The position numbers and the translations under genes are program-made. DNA of 64,000 nucleotides from a virus (Duplodnaviria; Caudoviricetes). A model generated the notes under the pieces. The model saw only the letters and a program-made list of their open reading frames with translations, ran no database searches and was not told the origin of the DNA. The stretch lies in the IMG/VR virus record IMGVR_UViG_3300037067_022448, positions 32,001 through 96,000 of that record. One strand, given 5' to 3'. Shown piece after piece: positions 1 to 9,934 of the stretch (position 1 is its first letter; each line of letters starts with the position of its first letter).

Positions 1-441
1 GCTAACATGATCAGCAATTTTTCCTTTGGCATAATCTTGTGCTTCAAGCCCAAGAGCATCACATTTTACTCTTAAATTGATATCTTTAGAAACTACTATT
101 ACTTGTTTACCCTCCTGTTTAAGACCTAGTGCAGAGCTAATAATTCTATTATCTACTTTATCCACAGCCAAACTAGATGGTAAATTACCACAATGATTTA
201 ACTCTACTCTAATAATAGATTCATTTAACTTAACTCCTTCACTTAGCGAACCGCTTTTACGCAGATCGTCCAACATCCTAATTACCAGACGAGCATTTCG
301 TCCAACCTCATCAAGGCGACTTTTCGTACCATCTAGTTCATCTAATACTGGAAGTGGAATTACTACTTCATTATCGGAGAAAACTTTAAGACTGGCAGGA
401 TCGTATAACAAAACGTTGGTATCTAAAAGAAATGTTTTCAA
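1..441 (-). CDS. PIN-domain/PhoH family protein (PhoH2/YlaK-like), runs off the window edge
   Basis: Not in ORF track. Manual translation from TTG at 441 (GAGGAGG SD at 450-456): MKTFLLDTNVLLYDPASLKVFSDNEVVIPLPVLDELDGTKSRLDEVGRNAR...DNRII...VSKDINLRVKCDALG, the characteristic N-terminal PIN domain of PhoH2 proteins. Confidence 0.88.
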   Translation of the reverse strand, partial: MKTFLLDTNVLLYDPASLKVFSDNEVVIPLPVLDELDGTKSRLDEVGRNARLVIRMLDDLRKSGSLSEGVKLNESIIRVELNHCGNLPSSLAVDKVDNRIISSALGLKQEGKQVIVVSKDINLRVKCDALGLEAQDYAKGKIADHVS

Positions 442-499
442 ATTGAAATCCTCCTCGGTAAGCATTGCTTTCAATTTTAATAAAAAATATTAGTAGTTG

Positions 500-1003
500 T
501 TAGCGTCCGCGTCTGTTTCTTCGTGTATCACAACGCTGTTTTACATCCATAACTTCTTTATATTCCTCTACTGTCAAAGGGGTCGGCATAATGATATTTT
601 TTTTAGCTTTTCCTCTCAGTTGCTCTTTTACATTTTTTTGAAGAAAACCTAATTTAGAAAGATCATCATCTGCTGTAACACGAACAGCTATATATTGCTT
701 GCTAATATCATCTAAACTACCTAAAACTTCAAAACTTAAATTATATAATGTTATTAAAAAACTGGTACCATTTAAACGCCTTAAAACATCTGAATTATTA
801 ATACTATCACTAACTTCATCAATTTCTGATTCTGGTACGTGCTCTCCATCTTTACCAATACTTACCAAAATAAGCTTATTTTCCCAATCTTTAGTAGATA
901 TTTGTTTAAAATCTGCCGGAATATAATCTCCTCTTCCATTCTTAATATAGAAGCCGCTCATTACTTTTCTCCTTTTCTTGCCATTTGAAACGGTAAAGCC
1001 CAC
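500..1003 (-). CDS. hypothetical protein (likely start 961, TAATG overlap with upstream gene)
   Basis: ORF track; translational coupling with 961..1302. Confidence 0.7.
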   Translation of the reverse strand: MGFTVSNGKKRRKVMSGFYIKNGRGDYIPADFKQISTKDWENKLILVSIGKDGEHVPESEIDEVSDSINNSDVLRRLNGTSFLITLYNLSFEVLGSLDDISKQYIAVRVTADDDLSKLGFLQKNVKEQLRGKAKKNIIMPTPLTVEEYKEVMDVKQRCDTRRNRRGR

Positions 1004-1302
1004 TCGTTGAGATGAATTTCATAATAATACTCATCTTTTTCTTTTTTAAGAATAAGCTTTGGAGCTTTCCACTCTGCAACTAATTTTTCATTTTTCCAGA
1101 TCTTAATAGAAGCTTCACCTAAACCATCAAATATTTCAATACCAACGGTATTCAAAAAGTCGACAACCTCTCTATTACTTAATTCAACAAGAATTTCTTC
1201 TGCCACGCCAAGAGCAAATAAAACTTGATAAACCCACTTTTCTTTCTCTTCAACAATAACTTTTTGTTCATTACCGCGATTTACCAAAATTATATCAGAC
1301 AT
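961..1302 (-). CDS. hypothetical protein
   Basis: ORF track; abuts RNR stop codon. Confidence 0.7.
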   Translation of the reverse strand: MSDIILVNRGNEQKVIVEEKEKWVYQVLFALGVAEEILVELSNREVVDFLNTVGIEIFDGLGEASIKIWKNEKLVAEWKAPKLILKKEKDEYYYEIHLNEWALPFQMARKGEK

Positions 1303-4300
1303 TTAGTTACACTTGCTCCAATTACAATCTAAACAACTAATACAGGATTCTTCTGTTTTAAGATTGGTGCTTCCACAATTGGGGCAACTTGCCTTATCAG
1401 CTAGTACACTTTTACTCAAAATATCATATAATTTAGAAGCTAGAGTACCAGCAAAAGCATGTTCATTTAAAATTTTAAGAGCTTCTGAAAGATTTCCTGT
1501 TTTCATTGATAATGATAAAAATCTAGTCATCTTTATAAGAGAATTATAACTTCTATTAATATATTTAACTATTCTATCTTCTGATGTTCCCTTTTCTTTG
1601 AGCATTTTTATAAGAGAGTTACTTATTTTTACAAAAGAATCAGAATCAGATTTCTTATAATTCATAACAAAAACTTGATATGGTTTAGTAATATCTTTAT
1701 CTTCATAAGAAATCATAATATAAAATTTGTCACCGCCTTCAGCACGAACACAATGAATTGAAGTATTCATATTGGGTATACCAATAGTTTTAGCATATTC
1801 ATCTGTAATTAAAATTCCTTTACGGGAGCCCTCTCTATAAACTGTAATACCTTTCAATCCTTCTTTCCAAGCATTAAAATAAATTCTACCAACTGTAGCC
1901 GCATCTGTATCTTTTGGTAAATTAATTGTTGATGATATACTAGCATCTATATATTTTTGTAATAATCCCTGAAGTTTTACACGATATACATCATTAATAT
2001 CGTGAGCTGTAACCCAATAATTTGGCAGCTCTTGTTTTCCAACCGTGTCAAAAAATCTTGCTATACCTTGATGATGTACAGAAAATTCTTTCCTTTCTTC
2101 TTTTCCAAGCATTACATTTCTAATATAGTGTAAAGCATATATTGGTTCAGCACCGCTAGAGCATTGAGCTATAATTGATAAAGAGCCATTTGGAGCTATT
2201 GTAGAAATTGCTACATTTCTTAGACCATCTATTTTTGCTTTCTCAATTATTCGTTCTGGTAAAGTTGCAGCAAATCCTCTTGTAAAATGTATTTCAGGAT
2301 TATACAATGGAAAAGAACCCCTTTCTCTTGCCAAATAAATTGAAGCCTCATATTCAGTATTTTTCTTAATATCCATAATATAATCTACCGCAGATAAAGC
2401 CTGATCTGAATCATATTTAATTTTAAGTGCAGCAAACATATCAGCCAAACCTGTAACCCCCAAACCAATTCTCCTACCTAACTTACCCGCTTCCTCTTGT
2501 TCTTTCAATGGATGTCGCCCCATATTAAGTTCAACTATATTATCAAGATGTCGTACACCGCGCCTTGTCATTTTAATAAAAGTATCGCTATCAAAATGCG
2601 CCTTATCTGTAAAAGGATCGACAACAAACTTATGTAACAATAGTGAACCTAATACACAAGCTCCACCAGGTTCAAGGATTTGTTCGCCACAATTTAAACT
2701 ATTGAAATAATTAATCTTTTTCTTTCCTTTGTTGGTTATTCCTTCAAACCCACCTACAAAAAAATTATGAAATTCATCAACAGTACCATTATACACGTCT
2801 TCATAACCAACAAATTCAATACTTACAATTTTATGGTTATATTGAGAGGCTGATTCTTTTAATTCTTCAAAGGTATTAAAAAAACTAGGCTTACCAATTC
2901 TGTATGATATTCCCTGAATTTTACATTCTTCCTCTAACTCTTTTCTTTTGGGGTCTCTTCCTAAAACTTGTTTTAATTTTAGAAAAATTTGAACCTGCTT
3001 TTCTCCATTTTCTTTTTTGAGATTGGTATAATATTTCTTCATTCCATTAATAGCTTTTTTTGCTACATCAGAATTTTTATTTCTTTCACTCATATATTTA
3101 GAGTGACACTCTTTCGAACAAATTCCGGATTCTCTACACCTATGATGAACTTTATAAGATTTACCACAAATTTCACAATTTTTAATAATAAAAATATCGT
3201 TATTATCTATAATACAATCATAACCTTGTTCAATAAGATCAATGTAAAATTTTTGGCTGCGCGGATCTAAATCAATATTTTCAAAACCACATTGGATGGC
3301 AGCCCATTTTGCTAAACCCAACAATCCATTAAAATGATCATTCCGCCATTTACTAAATTGTTCTACAACATTATTTTTTTTAGCATATGTTTTCCAATCT
3401 TTATTAGAAAATCTATATCCAAGTCTTCTAGTTAAAATAAGAGCATGGTTTTTAAGTTCTTCATTGGTTATGCCACTAAATCTTCCATTAATATCTCCGC
3501 TTACAGATTCAGACATATTCTTAGAATATTGCTGCCATTTTTCTTCTGACCATTCTGTTTTAGCACGACGCATTGGATTTTTATCACCAAACATATTTTG
3601 AGTATGTAGTTTGTTATGTTCAGAAAAATTCATAATTTCTAAATTTTGTGGAGAATTATTTTTAGTGTTAAAATCTTTATGATGAACAACATATCCTTTT
3701 TCAACAAACTTATCATTAAAAAATTCGGCAATCAATTTATGCTCCGTAGTAGATGATGCAAATTTCCCATTATTAAGCCACCAATAGTCCTTACAACTAA
3801 TATTACCAGAAGACAATTGAATTGAATTTTCAAATTTAGTTATTATGTGCATACTTTCACCAACAACTAAATCTTTTACTTCTTTATATTCTCCCCCTTT
3901 AATTAAAAATTTATGATTATTTGTTGCCTTTAATGAATTCCCATCATCAAATGTAATTTTATATACTGGGGTTTTATATCCTGTAATTCTAGGATTTCTC
4001 ATTGTCCTTACTATAATTCTTTTATTATTATCAAAACAAAAAACAGGGACATCTTTATTTTCTTCTGCTAATTGTTTAATTGAAATATGACCTCGGCCAT
4101 CTGCAACATATACAAGAGTATCTCCCGTAACACAAGGATTTGTGGCATGAACCTTAAGTCTTGGATATGAATCAGATGGAGACATTTCTACCATACGATC
4201 CCAAAAAAGTAAACCCGGCTCCCCAGAATCACGAGCAGAAGTAATAATCCTATTCCACAAATATCTAGCTTTTACTGTACGTATTATACACTCATGAGAG

Positions 4301-6099
4301 GTTTGAAAACTTAAAACAAAGTCTTCATCGTTTTCAACAGCTTTCATAAATTCATCGGTTAATTTGATACTAATATTTGCAAATTTTACTTTTTCTTCAT
4401 TATTGTGCTTCATCTCAATAAAATTCAGAACATCTGGATGAGTTATTGGAATAGTAAGCATAAGGGCGCCGCGCCGACCCTGCTGCCCAATTAAACCAGT
4501 AGTGTGCGAATATAGCTCCATAAAGCTTACCGCACCAGTAGAAAATTTAGCACTATTTGAAACTCTAGAATCTGCAGGTCTTAATTCACCAATACATAAT
4601 CCAATACCACCACCATAAGAATATGTGCGAGCACATCTTTTAGCAGCATCATAAATACCTTCAATACTATCTTCTTCTATTTTTGTTACATAACAGTTGT
4701 GTACAACCATTCCATTAGCAACAAAAGCGTGCACTTTTTCAACACTCATGTCAAAAACTTCTTCCTCGCCAATATCCACAATTTCCTTAACACGAGCAAA
4801 TAAATTATCACTTTTAAATTCATCTGAAAGAGCATCTTTTAAAATCTGTTTTTTGCGCGGATGTAAAAATCCAATAATATTTGCGAATTTCTTAAAAGAT
4901 TCGCAAGATATTCTAAGAACCCAACTGTGTTTGCATTTATACACACCTTTGGGAAATTTTCCTATTCCATTACCATGCTTATATATTGAAGATTTAATAC
5001 CAAAAATGGTGAGCAATTTTTGAACATTTTGTAAAAAATTAAAATTAGATTGAACCAAACAAATTGAACGATTTATATTTCCCCTACTATCACAATAATT
5101 AGATACCGAGCCATCAGCATCAAACATACCGCATAGAAAGCCACAAATATATGATTTTGTTTGATAAAACAATTTTTCTGTAATTGTTTTGTTTTTGTGT
5201 TTTATTCCTAAACTGAATAACATATCTTTTGCCCAAGCAGTACTATTATATGAAAGATAATTTTCTTTTGTAAGAATATTTCCACCATATAGCTCTGCAA
5301 CTTTTTGAATTGGCAAAAAACTCTTTTCTTTAAAAAGCCTAATATTTGCAACCAAAAAATCTTCTCCAGCGAACGTACCATCGCCGACAAAAAGTCCAGA
5401 AGCATATCCGCGATCAAAATCTTTTGAATCTAAATCGAATGTTCTGTCATCAAAATTAAGACGAATTTTTTCTCCAAAACTTAAATCTTTAATTTTTTTC
5501 CAGGAACCATCCGATAGTTGTATTTTGTGGTCTCTAGTAATTTTGATAGAATATCCCTCGATGGTTTTCAGTTCGACTACGTGCTTAACTCCGTTAGACC
5601 AAGCTATCGCTCTATATTGTTCGTTTTCTAACAAAATATTAAAACCATCTGTAGAAGTCAAATCTTTAATTTTAGAAAGCCCATTTGTGGTAAGAACTAA
5701 ACTACCACCAACTATACAATTTGTAAAAGTGGCTTTTTTTAAATAATTGTTGCCTAGAGCGAGCATTTGTCTACCAGCAGGAAGAAAATAATCATATAGA
5801 TCACGGAAATATTTTGGTTTTCTGACCGTTTCGCAATCAAACTTAAATTCTGCTTCGGCAACGGCATTTGCCCAGCGATTTTTAGCATCCTCTAAAGTAA
5901 ATTCAATAATTTTATTATCATTATCCCTAATTGCATATTTCTTTAAAAATATTGAAGCTGCTGATTCATCGCCATCAAAAGAGCGGAGAGTATGAGAAAC
6001 TTTTTCTGCGGTCAGGCCGCAACCATCAAAATCTTTATCTTGCACAATATTGTTAACAGTTGAATCGAAATCACCAACTAAATAAATTAATTTACTCAT
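1303..6099 (-). CDS. nrdJ: class II (adenosylcobalamin-dependent) ribonucleotide reductase with two inteins (~776 aa after splicing)
   Basis: FLPAGR, TN^CYV, GGGIG, GRRGALM, NP^CGEQ, RRIGLGVTGLAD, TIAPNGSLS, KGITVYREGSR motifs; C-terminal CPNCG...CLDC..SKC zinc ribbon; no small subunit nearby. Confidence 0.9.
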   Translation of the reverse strand: MSKLIYLVGDFDSTVNNIVQDKDFDGCGLTAEKVSHTLRSFDGDESAASIFLKKYAIRDNDNKIIEFTLEDAKNRWANAVAEAEFKFDCETVRKPKYFRDLYDYFLPAGRQMLALGNNYLKKATFTNCIVGGSLVLTTNGLSKIKDLTSTDGFNILLENEQYRAIAWSNGVKHVVELKTIEGYSIKITRDHKIQLSDGSWKKIKDLSFGEKIRLNFDDRTFDLDSKDFDRGYASGLFVGDGTFAGEDFLVANIRLFKEKSFLPIQKVAELYGGNILTKENYLSYNSTAWAKDMLFSLGIKHKNKTITEKLFYQTKSYICGFLCGMFDADGSVSNYCDSRGNINRSICLVQSNFNFLQNVQKLLTIFGIKSSIYKHGNGIGKFPKGVYKCKHSWVLRISCESFKKFANIIGFLHPRKKQILKDALSDEFKSDNLFARVKEIVDIGEEEVFDMSVEKVHAFVANGMVVHNCYVTKIEEDSIEGIYDAAKRCARTYSYGGGIGLCIGELRPADSRVSNSAKFSTGAVSFMELYSHTTGLIGQQGRRGALMLTIPITHPDVLNFIEMKHNNEEKVKFANISIKLTDEFMKAVENDEDFVLSFQTSHECIIRTVKARYLWNRIITSARDSGEPGLLFWDRMVEMSPSDSYPRLKVHATNPCVTGDTLVYVADGRGHISIKQLAEENKDVPVFCFDNNKRIIVRTMRNPRITGYKTPVYKITFDDGNSLKATNNHKFLIKGGEYKEVKDLVVGESMHIITKFENSIQLSSGNISCKDYWWLNNGKFASSTTEHKLIAEFFNDKFVEKGYVVHHKDFNTKNNSPQNLEIMNFSEHNKLHTQNMFGDKNPMRRAKTEWSEEKWQQYSKNMSESVSGDINGRFSGITNEELKNHALILTRRLGYRFSNKDWKTYAKKNNVVEQFSKWRNDHFNGLLGLAKWAAIQCGFENIDLDPRSQKFYIDLIEQGYDCIIDNNDIFIIKNCEICGKSYKVHHRCRESGICSKECHSKYMSERNKNSDVAKKAINGMKKYYTNLKKENGEKQVQIFLKLKQVLGRDPKRKELEEECKIQGISYRIGKPSFFNTFEELKESASQYNHKIVSIEFVGYEDVYNGTVDEFHNFFVGGFEGITNKGKKKINYFNSLNCGEQILEPGGACVLGSLLLHKFVVDPFTDKAHFDSDTFIKMTRRGVRHLDNIVELNMGRHPLKEQEEAGKLGRRIGLGVTGLADMFAALKIKYDSDQALSAVDYIMDIKKNTEYEASIYLARERGSFPLYNPEIHFTRGFAATLPERIIEKAKIDGLRNVAISTIAPNGSLSIIAQCSSGAEPIYALHYIRNVMLGKEERKEFSVHHQGIARFFDTVGKQELPNYWVTAHDINDVYRVKLQGLLQKYIDASISSTINLPKDTDAATVGRIYFNAWKEGLKGITVYREGSRKGILITDEYAKTIGIPNMNTSIHCVRAEGGDKFYIMISYEDKDITKPYQVFVMNYKKSDSDSFVKISNSLIKMLKEKGTSEDRIVKYINRSYNSLIKMTRFLSLSMKTGNLSEALKILNEHAFAGTLASKLYDILSKSVLADKASCPNCGSTNLKTEESCISCLDCNWSKCN
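2692..4134 (-). mobile_element. intein 2 in RNR (481 aa) carrying an HNH endonuclease
   Basis: Begins CVTGDTLV after ATNP; block B TNNHKF; HNH motif VVHHKDFNTKNNSPQNLEIM..EHNKLH; block F DVYNGTVDEFHNFF; ends SLN before CGEQ. Confidence 0.88.
4696..5718 (-). mobile_element. intein 1 in RNR (341 aa) with LAGLIDADG endonuclease
   Basis: Begins CIVGGSLV; TRDHKI; GLFVGDG and GMFDADG motifs; ends FVANGMVVHN before CYV. Confidence 0.93.
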
Positions 6100-6105
6100 A
6101 AGTGC

Positions 6106-6729
6106 CTACCTCACCAATAATCTAATTTCTGTATTATTTTTAAGTCTAAGAAGTGCTCTTTTCTGAATCTGTTCTATACGCTGTTTTGATAAAAACAATT
6201 CATCACCAATCTGTTTAAATGTATAAAAATTATTATTATTTATTCCAAAACGCATTATTAAAACCCTTTTATCTATTTCTGGTAATTTATTAAGTGCGTT
6301 TATTATTGTTTGCTTAACTTCAGCTTGTTCAAAAATATCTGAAGAACATTCTTCATAAGTACCAAAATAATTATCTTCATCTTTCAAAACCATATTTATT
6401 TTTTTATACCAATGTAAATAAAGCTTAATACGATGTTGTATATGCCAACAAGCAAATTTGAAAAAATTAATTCCACGTACTGGATCAAAATCTTTTATTG
6501 CCTTAAGAAGGCCAAGTTTTCCTTCCTGTAATAAATCTCCATAAAAAAGTTGGTGTTTGTAACCTTTTATTTTTGATTGGACTAAATATCCCAATTGTTT
6601 AACCAGCGAAGCAAGAACTTTTTCTTTATCTTTTGTGGAAGACTCTTTAAGAATTTTTAACAATGCAAGAACATGATCATTACATACATAATATGTACCA
6701 CAAATAAAGCCATTTATTTCATTATTCAT
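6106..6729 (-). CDS. sigma-70 family RNA polymerase sigma factor (regions 2 and 4)
   Basis: DLLQEGKLGLLKAIKDFDP.RG..F (region 2); MRFGI...TFKQIGDELFLSKQRIEQIQKRAL.RLK (region 4 HTH). Confidence 0.9.
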   Translation of the reverse strand: MNNEINGFICGTYYVCNDHVLALLKILKESSTKDKEKVLASLVKQLGYLVQSKIKGYKHQLFYGDLLQEGKLGLLKAIKDFDPVRGINFFKFACWHIQHRIKLYLHWYKKINMVLKDEDNYFGTYEECSSDIFEQAEVKQTIINALNKLPEIDKRVLIMRFGINNNNFYTFKQIGDELFLSKQRIEQIQKRALLRLKNNTEIRLLVR

Positions 6730-7285
6730 TGCTAAATGCCTTCATTGTTGATGGAGTCCAACCCTTTTTAAGATTTTCATTAAAAAGTGGGCACAAATTA
6801 TCAAGTGCGTTAAAAACAAATTTTGATTTTTTAAGACCATATTTTATCGCATTATATGTACCACCCCGGCGCTTACCTACCCAAAAAGCTACAACAAAAT
6901 TTGCTTCATCTATCATTCTTTCATTACGCTTTTGATAATTACCAATAAAATACTCTGCTTCTGGATTGGGTTCTACTATATTTATTCCCGCAGCAAACTT
7001 AACCTGCCTAGCGAGTTCATCTTTTTGTTCTTGTGTCCAGAATTTAGATTGAACATCTGGATGAAATGGAAGATAAAGAACATACGGAACATTTTGATCA
7101 ATACAAGCCGCTCCAACCCATTGATCAACACCTATAGCTCCCCCTAGATTAAACATAAGCTCATCTTTATGCTCTCTTTTAAAAATAGCAACCATATCAT
7201 TTGCAGCTCTTTGTATAGTTTCTAGCAAATAATGTGATACTAAAAAAGCATCTGGTCGATGCCCCGTAATAGCAATTTTTATCAT
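6722..7285 (-). CDS. SLOG superfamily protein (YspA/DUF1273-like)
   Basis: IAITGHRP, GGAIGVDQW, YQKRNERMID, GGTYNAIKY motifs. Confidence 0.82.
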   Translation of the reverse strand: MIKIAITGHRPDAFLVSHYLLETIQRAANDMVAIFKREHKDELMFNLGGAIGVDQWVGAACIDQNVPYVLYLPFHPDVQSKFWTQEQKDELARQVKFAAGINIVEPNPEAEYFIGNYQKRNERMIDEANFVVAFWVGKRRGGTYNAIKYGLKKSKFVFNALDNLCPLFNENLKKGWTPSTMKAFSNE

Positions 7286-7293
7286 ATTTTCTC

Positions 7294-8784
7294 CTACGGA
7301 ATTATAATTCTATTTCCACATAATACAGGCTTTTTCTCCTCTTCCTCTTCCATAATAAAACTCAATTCTTCTTCTAAATCTCGCTCATAAGCCCCAGCTT
7401 CATCAAAACAAATAGCTATGCTGCCACCATCATCATTTTTTGTATGTAATTCAACTGGCGCAGCCCACAAATCCCAAATATATTCAATGGTTCTTTTTAC
7501 AAAATTATTGTCCAATGTACCAAATGTACCAAATTCCTCATTATCATGATTTAATAATAATGTTCCTTCTTGACCAATCCCAGTAATAACAATTTTTGGG
7601 GCACCTCCATTATAGATTGGTCTAACTAAAGATTCGACAATTTCATCACAGAAACGCTCTTTGATCTCAATAAATCGTTCGCCCGTATAATCTTGTGCAT
7701 AATCCTTAATATATCCATAAGTAAATAAATTTAATTTATCAACCAATTCAGTTGTTAAATAATTTCGCAAAAATGAAATGTCATCTTCCTCTGTACGGAC
7801 CTCAAATATTTTTTGTTTACCAGCACCTTTCCCATATTCTTCATCCCATCTTTTTTCAATATCTTTAAAAATTTTGAACCCAAGATAATATGGATTTATT
7901 CTAAATGGATTGTCACCCGGTTGAACTACTTTTTCATGTGTTCTAACAAAATCTAAATATTCTTCTGGATTTAAATCATATTGAAACATAAGTTCAGCGT
8001 GCCAATAGCTCGCCCAACCTTCGTTCATAATTTTTGTCATTTTTTGTGGATAAAAATAATATGATTCTTCTCTAACAATATCAAGAACGTCTCGTTCCCA
8101 ATCTTCTAACGGCGCATAGTTTATAAAAAACCATAACAAATCTCTTTCCGGATGGGGAGGGAAATTACCATTTTCAATAGAACGGGTTGTGTAAACAGGT
8201 TTTGTAAAAGCTACATCATCAAACTCACCACACTTTTTATAACAGGTTATAATTCTCTTGCCACCATATGGTTTACGAATTAAACCTTTATGCCAGTCAA
8301 TATGTTCGTCTAGGGCAAAAGCTATATCCATCAAATGTTCTACTTTTTCAAAACCATAAGTTTCAATGTATTGTTCTATTCTACCAGCATGTTCAGCAGC
8401 GTGGTAAATCATGTTTCTATCTGAGTCTTTAAAAGTACAATTATTTTTAAAAAAATCTGAATGTCCAAGACAATGTGCAGTAATAAAAATATTTTGAACT
8501 TCTGTATTTGTATCAAGCATAAAAGCATATGATGGATTGTTGTTCAGAATAACCTCATATATTTTAGAGTATCCCATCTCTCCATATGTTTTTTGATAAT
8601 CATACGAACGCCCATAGCTCCAGTGTCGTGCCTTTGTTGGCAATCCGTATGACACAACATTAGTCATTGTAGATCTTTCTACCGTTTCAAACACCACCGG
8701 AAATGGTTCTAGACCATTATCTAAAGCTAATTGAGTTATTTCTTCCATTCGTTTATTTTGCATTGCTTTTCTCATCAATCCCAT
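7294..8784 (-). CDS. spoVR: SpoVR/YcgB family protein
   Basis: YGLP...HWSYG, IYEVILN.NP, AHCLGHSDFFKNN, PQKMTKIMNEGWASYWH, NPYYLG motifs; exact start uncertain. Confidence 0.93.
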   Translation of the reverse strand: MGLMRKAMQNKRMEEITQLALDNGLEPFPVVFETVERSTMTNVVSYGLPTKARHWSYGRSYDYQKTYGEMGYSKIYEVILNNNPSYAFMLDTNTEVQNIFITAHCLGHSDFFKNNCTFKDSDRNMIYHAAEHAGRIEQYIETYGFEKVEHLMDIAFALDEHIDWHKGLIRKPYGGKRIITCYKKCGEFDDVAFTKPVYTTRSIENGNFPPHPERDLLWFFINYAPLEDWERDVLDIVREESYYFYPQKMTKIMNEGWASYWHAELMFQYDLNPEEYLDFVRTHEKVVQPGDNPFRINPYYLGFKIFKDIEKRWDEEYGKGAGKQKIFEVRTEEDDISFLRNYLTTELVDKLNLFTYGYIKDYAQDYTGERFIEIKERFCDEIVESLVRPIYNGGAPKIVITGIGQEGTLLLNHDNEEFGTFGTLDNNFVKRTIEYIWDLWAAPVELHTKNDDGGSIAICFDEAGAYERDLEEELSFIMEEEEEKKPVLCGNRIIIP

Positions 8785-9934
8785 GTAAAAAAGCTCTCAA
8801 GCAGTTATATATATCTTCGCGCCGATGGATGGTCGCACAAATAAATCGTTCCACGCTTGAAAGTTCAGAATCATTTTCAAAAACACTAAGCAAATTAGAT
8901 ACAGATACGGAACCACCGTCCCACTTATAGAAAGAATCATTATAATTAACTTCACCATAGCCTACAGCTTGACATTTAGGCAATATCTGTTTTACCGTTT
9001 CTATACAAAAATAATTATCCTCTGGCCAATTATCTCCGTCGGAAAAAGCAAAAACATAATTATTCCAAATAGCAGGAGGAAATCTATCATCAATAATTTG
9101 ATTGGCAAGTTTAAAAGCTGAACTTACCATTGTGCCACCCATCTGAGATATTTTAAAAAAATTCTCTTCTTCAACTTCTCTGGCTTCGGTATCATGAGCA
9201 ATAAAAACAAGATCAACATTTTTATATTTTCTTTCTATAAATCTAACCATCCACCAAAAAAATGATTTTACAATATATTTCTTTTCTTGAGTCATACTTC
9301 CTGAACGATCCATTAAAAGAAATATAGCCGCATTAGAATGACGCTCTTTAATCTGTTCCCACACCCGATAACGAAGGTCACTTAAATCAAAACCTCCAAT
9401 TCTCATTTTTCCTTTAAGAGCATTCTTCTTCATGTTCTGTAAAACTGTACGCCTTTTATCTATATTTGATGGCAAGCCTCTTTCCGAAATATCCTGAAAG
9501 ACTGTTTCTTCTGTTTCAATTTCAACAGTATTTTCTTTTTCTTCAAGCCATGGAAGATTTAAATCCTCGAGCATCATTTCAATAATTTCTTCAACATCAA
9601 TATCTTCTTCATATACTTCTTCGCCTACATCAGAGCCTGCTCCAGTGCCGCCCTGGCCTTCTGGAAGTTCCTTAGCAATAACATCTCCAGGATCTCCGTC
9701 GCCATGACCTACACCTTTAGACTTATTATTTTTGCCATATTTAAATCTCCACATATCTAAATATTTCATGGGAATTTTTATCTTTTTGCCACCTTTTGAA
9801 GAAATAATATTTTCTTCAGAAATAAGTTCATGGAGTCGCTCTTTAATGGCTTCACGTATTCTTTGTTTGTGTCGCGCAGAATCCCGTGCACCGGGCTGCC
9901 GTAATTTCCAAAGATCCTTAAAACTATCACTCAT
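8753..9934 (-). CDS. yeaH: YeaH/YhbH (DUF444) vWA-domain protein
   Basis: D..RHK, G.GDGDPGDVI, DLRYR, LMDRSGSM (MIDAS), FIAHDTEA, GGT.VSSA, FSDGDNW. Confidence 0.92.
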   Translation of the reverse strand: MSDSFKDLWKLRQPGARDSARHKQRIREAIKERLHELISEENIISSKGGKKIKIPMKYLDMWRFKYGKNNKSKGVGHGDGDPGDVIAKELPEGQGGTGAGSDVGEEVYEEDIDVEEIIEMMLEDLNLPWLEEKENTVEIETEETVFQDISERGLPSNIDKRRTVLQNMKKNALKGKMRIGGFDLSDLRYRVWEQIKERHSNAAIFLLMDRSGSMTQEKKYIVKSFFWWMVRFIERKYKNVDLVFIAHDTEAREVEEENFFKISQMGGTMVSSAFKLANQIIDDRFPPAIWNNYVFAFSDGDNWPEDNYFCIETVKQILPKCQAVGYGEVNYNDSFYKWDGGSVSVSNLLSVFENDSELSSVERFICATIHRREDIYNCLRAFLHGIDEKSNAK

